A stretch of DNA of 28,450 nt from a candidate division WOR-3 bacterium (lineage in GTDB: Bacteria > Hydrothermota > Tepidihabitantia > Tepidihabitantales > Tepidihabitantaceae): the NCBI GenBank assembly GCA_039801225.1, contig JBDRUH010000015.1:1-28450 (forward strand). The letters are read 5' to 3'. Below, in pieces: positions 24,346-28,450 of this stretch; the first letter of the stretch is position 1; each line of letters starts with the position of its first letter. The position numbers were made by a program, and so were the translations under genes. The notes beneath the pieces are model-generated. The model had not been told where the DNA came from. It searched no databases and saw only the letters and a list, made by a program, of their open reading frames with translations.

Positions 24346-24373
24346 TTGACGGTGAGGAAAGTTGTTGTATAAT
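24346..24373 (+). promoter_or_regulatory. Promoter of the TackOD1-like/lspA/iscS-like operon
   Basis: TTGACG-N16-TATAAT, 9 nt before ATG 24383. Confidence 0.72.
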
Positions 24374-24382
24374 TTTATTTAA

Positions 24383-25333
24383 ATGTTAAACGACCCCAAA
24401 CTCTTAAGCCTTTTTGAACTTCTCATCAACCAAAAAATCGCCACCATTACGCCGGTTTTTGCTCCAGACCAAGACCAAGGCGCCCGCTATCCAGTGGTAG
24501 AATCCCATCTTGGCGCTGAGGCGAATTATGTAAATCAGTTACTCAACGACCTCTACCGTCTGGGCTATATTGAGCGCCAATTTCATGAACGGGTTTTCTT
24601 CTGTCCGGGTTGTAATTCACCCGACCTGAAATACACTATTTTTTGTCCCAAATGTAACTCGCCTCATCTTATCCGGATAAGGTTATTAAAGCATAAGCCT
24701 TGCAACTGGAGTGGTCCGGCTGAAGATTTTTATCACAAAGACCGGCGCATCTGTCCGAAATGCCAGGGGGAACTTTACCTCTTGGGTGGTGACTATGAGG
24801 ACTTAGGCAATCGGTATCGGTGCGAGGAGTGCGGAGAGATTACCAAACTGCCTGTAGAAAGGTGGCACTGTCGCTCGTGTAATTATCTCTACGATAAGGA
24901 GGGTGTGAAAGAGGTGGTTCTCTACAACTATACTCTTAATCCCAAACAGGTAACAAAGTTCCAAGAGGAGAAGATTCCCCGGGCAAGGGTCTGTGAGTTA
25001 CTCAAGAAGGAAGGGTATGAGGTGGCAGAATCGGTTCATCTTACCGGGCGCTCGGGCGCCGAACACTACCTTGATATCCTCGCCACCAAACAGACCGGAA
25101 ATTCTGAGTACCGGGTGGTCGTTGGATTTTTAAGCGGCGAACAAGCGGTGGATTCGGAAGAAGTAATAAAACTTTATGCCAAGGCTTACGATATTCAGGC
25201 CGATGAGACGATTCTTGTTGCCTCACCCCGGTTGAGTGAAGAGGCGGAGCGGTTTGCGCAGCAATATCAGATGAAGGTTTATACCCCGGAGACACTGAGT
25301 AAGTTATTAGTTAACAGTGGCAAGGAAGGGTGA
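24383..25333 (+). CDS. Multi-zinc-ribbon (TackOD1-like) domain fused to an Mrr-like restriction-endonuclease-fold domain
   Basis: CPGC, CPKC, HKPC, CPKC, GGDY, CEEC, CRSC, followed by LKKEGYEV..GRSGAEHYLDILA...ILVASPRLSEEAERFA. Confidence 0.7.
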   Translation: MLNDPKLLSLFELLINQKIATITPVFAPDQDQGARYPVVESHLGAEANYVNQLLNDLYRLGYIERQFHERVFFCPGCNSPDLKYTIFCPKCNSPHLIRIRLLKHKPCNWSGPAEDFYHKDRRICPKCQGELYLLGGDYEDLGNRYRCEECGEITKLPVERWHCRSCNYLYDKEGVKEVVLYNYTLNPKQVTKFQEEKIPRARVCELLKKEGYEVAESVHLTGRSGAEHYLDILATKQTGNSEYRVVVGFLSGEQAVDSEEVIKLYAKAYDIQADETILVASPRLSEEAERFAQQYQMKVYTPETLSKLLVNSGKEG

Positions 25334-25340
25334 ACAATTG

Positions 25341-25934
25341 ATGCTTAATACTTATTTGCGTCGGTCGTTTCTGTGGGCAGCAATAGCATCGCTTTTCCTT
25401 GACCAGTTCACAAAAATTATTGTTTATGGGATGTTCCACGGCAATACGGTAAAAGAGAGTATACCGCTTTTAGGGAATGTTTTGAAAATCTCCCTCACAA
25501 CCAACACCCGGGGTGTATTTGGGATTTCCTTTGGTCCTCCATTTGTCCACTTTCTCCTTCAGGTAATAGGGGTTGTCCTAATTATCTATTTCGGGCTAAG
25601 AACCAATAGTCGGTTCTTAGGGAGTGCTTATGGAGTTATCTTGGGTGGCGCTTTGGGGAATTTAATTGACCGGATAAGGTTAGGGTATGTGTTAGATTTT
25701 ATTGACTTTGAAATCCGCCCACTTCATTTTCGCTGGTTTACTTTTAACTTGGCGGATGCATTTATTGTGGTTGGCGTGCTCTTGATTATTCTCTGGGAAA
25801 TCATTTCCGGAATAAGAAGCCAAAAAGTCAAGGGCTCTGCTTCGGAGCCCCGTAGTCAAAATTCCCAGTTTTCGCCCGTTTCGGGCACAGGTAAGGAGGA
25901 AACAAATGAAAAGATCTGTGTACCTGGACAGTAA
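25341..25934 (+). CDS. lspA: Lipoprotein signal peptidase II
   Basis: LDQFTK, NTRGVFG, GGALGNLIDR, VLDFI and FTFNLAD. ATG 25341 preferred over GTG 25317. Confidence 0.93.
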   Translation: MLNTYLRRSFLWAAIASLFLDQFTKIIVYGMFHGNTVKESIPLLGNVLKISLTTNTRGVFGISFGPPFVHFLLQVIGVVLIIYFGLRTNSRFLGSAYGVILGGALGNLIDRIRLGYVLDFIDFEIRPLHFRWFTFNLADAFIVVGVLLIILWEIISGIRSQKVKGSASEPRSQNSQFSPVSGTGKEETNEKICVPGQ

Positions 25935-27075
25935 TTCAACAACCCCGATAGACCCCCGAGTCAAATCGGCAATGGAGCCGTATTTAGAAAAAATCTTCGG
26001 CAACCCTTCCAATCTTCATTCCTATGGACGGGAATGTGCTGAAGGGCTTGCCCGCGCAAGAGAGCAGGTGGCAGAATTCTTGGCTGCCAAACCGGAGGAG
26101 ATTTTCTTTACCAGTGGCGGGACTGAGGCAAACAACTGGGCGATAAAAGGTGTGGCGGTTGCTCGGATGCTTAAGCGGGGGCGACACATTATTATCAGCC
26201 CGATTGAGCACGCCTCGGTTTTAAGTAGTGCGAAATACCTTGCCGATAATGGCTGGCAGGTAACCTATCTGCCGGTGGACTCTTATGGGCTTGTTGACCC
26301 GGAAGATGTCCGGCGGATGATAACGAAGGAAACGGCACTGGTGAGCGTGATGCTCGCCAATAATGAAATTGGCACGGTTGAGCCGATACAGGAGATTGCC
26401 GCCATCTGCCACGAAAAAGGGGTCTACTTTCATGCCGATGCGGTATCAGCTGCGGGAAAGGTTAAAATTGCGGTCAATGAACTTAATGTTGACCTACTAA
26501 CCATTTCCGGGCATAAGATTCGCGCTCCCAAGGGTATTGGTGTCCTCTATATTAAAAAGGGGACTGAAATCCACCCTTTGATTCACGGCGGGCATCACGA
26601 AAAGGGGATGCGGGCCGGCACCGAGAATGTTCTGGGTATAGTTGGAATAGGCAGGGCGTGCGAAATATTAAAAAACGAATGGCAAGAGCATGCGCAAAAA
26701 ATGCTTGAGTTACGGAACCGGTTTGAAAAAGAGGTCTTAAAAAGGATACCCGATGTCCGCCTTAATGGTCACCCGGAAAAACGGCTGCCCAATACCAGCC
26801 ATTTTGGTGTTGCCTATGTTGAAGGAGAGGCTTTATTGATGAACTTGGACCTTGAGGGAGTGGCGGTTGCCTCGGGTTCTGCCTGTGCTTCCGGTGAGGC
26901 AGAACCATCGCCCACGGTTAAGGCGATAAATCTACCGCCCGAGTTTCGTAATTCGGTAGTTCGTTTTTCCTTCGGTGAGTATAATACCCGGGAAGATATT
27001 GACTATGCCGTAGAGGTTTTTGAAAAGGTGGTGAAACGGCTGAGGGAAATATCGCCGTTGACACATCAAAGATAA
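25906..27075 (+). CDS. iscS: Cysteine desulfurase (IscS/NifS group I)
   Basis: YLDSNSTTP, FGNPS, FTSGGTEANN, EHASV, ANNEIG, SGHK (PLP lysine) and SGSAC (catalytic Cys); AAGGAGG SD. Confidence 0.92.
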   Translation: MKRSVYLDSNSTTPIDPRVKSAMEPYLEKIFGNPSNLHSYGRECAEGLARAREQVAEFLAAKPEEIFFTSGGTEANNWAIKGVAVARMLKRGRHIIISPIEHASVLSSAKYLADNGWQVTYLPVDSYGLVDPEDVRRMITKETALVSVMLANNEIGTVEPIQEIAAICHEKGVYFHADAVSAAGKVKIAVNELNVDLLTISGHKIRAPKGIGVLYIKKGTEIHPLIHGGHHEKGMRAGTENVLGIVGIGRACEILKNEWQEHAQKMLELRNRFEKEVLKRIPDVRLNGHPEKRLPNTSHFGVAYVEGEALLMNLDLEGVAVASGSACASGEAEPSPTVKAINLPPEFRNSVVRFSFGEYNTREDIDYAVEVFEKVVKRLREISPLTHQR

Positions 27076-27597
27076 ATACAGCCCCAGCCAATAGTCTTTA
27101 AAATCCTCTGAGTGTAATAAAGGAGAGTTATCGGCAGAATTTCGCCGCCCTTTTAACTTTAATCTTATTTTGGTTTTTAAAATCGGCTGAAGTTTGTGTT
27201 CTACTTTTCTTGTTAGGAAGAATTTCCAGCCGCTTTTTAGCCCTCTTTTTGGTTCTGAACTTAGCGCTAAATCAAAAAACACCCCTGAAAACCTATTTGG
27301 AGCATTTCTTACTACCATCCCGCTATTTGATTTTCCCTTTGAACTTAAATCCGATTTTACCGTAAAAATTAAGATCCAACCAAAAAGCGAGCCAGGAAAC
27401 GGTTTTACCACCTAAGCGATAGGGGGAACAGCCTCCGCGAGAAACTGTCTTCAGATTAAGTTACTTAATTACGATACTTAATTCAATTATAACCGTCAGA
27501 ATTTTGTGTATATATAAATACACTTAGCCCTTACCGTCCTCTTATCTGACAATATCCTCTACACTTTAACTTCTCCATCAATTCCGACAGAACCCCC

Positions 27598-27706
27598 TCG
27601 CCCGGTGTCATTGCGAGCCCCTCGGCTCCGTCATTCCGACCGAGCCAACGGCGAGTGGAGGAATCCCTTCGCTCGGGCAGGCTAAAGCGAAGTAATAGGG
27701 CAATAA
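27598..27706 (+). repeat. Nested REP-like element (most intact copy)
   Basis: Outer GTCATTGCGAGC...GCGAAGTAAT encloses inner GTCATTCCGA...GGAGGAATCCC and CTTCGCTCGGGCAGGCT; partial copies at 4811-4900, 12664-12681 and 23541-23710. Confidence 0.8.
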
Positions 27707-27798
27707 ATGGAATACTTGCTGAAAAAAACCTAAATGTCGCGCAGGGATTTGACTTATACACTTGACTGAAAAGGGAACAAGGATAGGCTATAAACAGA

Positions 27799-28450
27799 AT
27801 GACCAGCCATAGACTGATATTTGGCGACAGTGAAGATATGAAGGAACTGCCTGCTGATAGCATCCATCTGGTTGTTACCAGCCCACCCTATTTTAATGCA
27901 CCTTTTGACTATCCAGACCTGTTTGAAAGTTATGATGCCTATTTAACAAAAATGAGGAGAGTGGCAAGGGAATTAAAGCGAGTTGTTACTGAAGGCAGGT
28001 GCGTCTGCATAGTTTGTGATGACACCCTGATAAATGGCAGAAAGTACCCGGTTGTTGCGGACTTGACCAGGATTTATATTGAGGAGGGTTTTATTTACCG
28101 CGACAAGATAATCTGGATAAAACCTGAGGGGTATATCCGTATCAGCAGGAGAAGCGGAGTGATGCTCCAGCACCCCTATCCAATGTATTTTTACCCGGAC
28201 AACATTCAGGAGTCAATTCTGATATTTCAGAACGGGCGTTTCAGTTATAAGAACCTGTCCAGGTCTTTGAAGGAGAAGTCCAAGATTGACACCACAGAAT
28301 ATCAGAAAAACAAATGGTATCTAACCACCTGGAATATCACCAATGTTTTACCTTTAAAAAACAGGCTGGAAAATGGCATCGCCGCCTTTCCAGAGGAGAT
28401 TCCACGCCGGCTGATTACTCTCTTTTCCTTTGTTGGCGAGACGGTTCTTG
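27799..28450 (+). CDS. Site-specific DNA methyltransferase, beta class (N4-cytosine/N6-adenine family), partial
   Basis: Manual translation MTSHRLIFGDSEDMKELPADSIHLVVTSPPYFN...IIWIKP...AAFPEEIPRRLITLFSFVGETVL. Motif IV SPPY precedes the expected motif I at the window edge. Promoter TTGACT-N16-TAGGCT at 27762-27789. Confidence 0.9.
   Translation, partial: MTSHRLIFGDSEDMKELPADSIHLVVTSPPYFNAPFDYPDLFESYDAYLTKMRRVARELKRVVTEGRCVCIVCDDTLINGRKYPVVADLTRIYIEEGFIYRDKIIWIKPEGYIRISRRSGVMLQHPYPMYFYPDNIQESILIFQNGRFSYKNLSRSLKEKSKIDTTEYQKNKWYLTTWNITNVLPLKNRLENGIAAFPEEIPRRLITLFSFVGETVL

Noticed and set aside
26932..27411. 159-aa minus-strand ORF
   Set aside because: Overlaps iscS convergently by 144 nt and has no motifs; kept only within the unexplained-tract finding.
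27531..27863. 110-aa minus-strand ORF
   Set aside because: Antisense to the methyltransferase start and reads through the REP element.

Overview
Housekeeping region of a bacterial chromosome that very probably contains the replication origin. Support: dnaA, DnaA-box clusters, an IHF-consensus site, a parS site, a ~0.9 kb AT-rich spacer and an apparent GC-skew switch. About 24 CDSs: folP (partial), rocD, DUF72, rtcA, ndk, PlsC-like acyltransferase, dnaA, hypF, two membrane proteins, a BNR/sialidase-like exported protein, tldD-tldE-LonC-like protease, a YCF48-like protein, a FadD-like ligase, a TPR protein, a small hypothetical, an NAD-dependent epimerase, a TIM-barrel isomerase, a TRL-like lipoprotein, a TackOD1/Mrr-like fusion, lspA, an IscS-like desulfurase and a partial beta-class DNA methyltransferase. 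Gene content and a short T9SS-like C-terminal tail suggest an FCB-affiliated diderm such as candidate phylum WOR-3 (inference only). No rRNA, tRNA, CRISPR array or transposase was seen. The most unusual signals are not gene-level: (1) degenerate 7-bp tandem arrays inserted in-frame into many unrelated genes; (2) near-consensus promoters with a mainly 16-bp spacer that often produce leaderless mRNAs; (3) a nested REP-like repeat family; (4) a likely non-AUG start; (5) dnaA without an adjacent dnaN. I do not see a clearly self-contained new multi-gene system.
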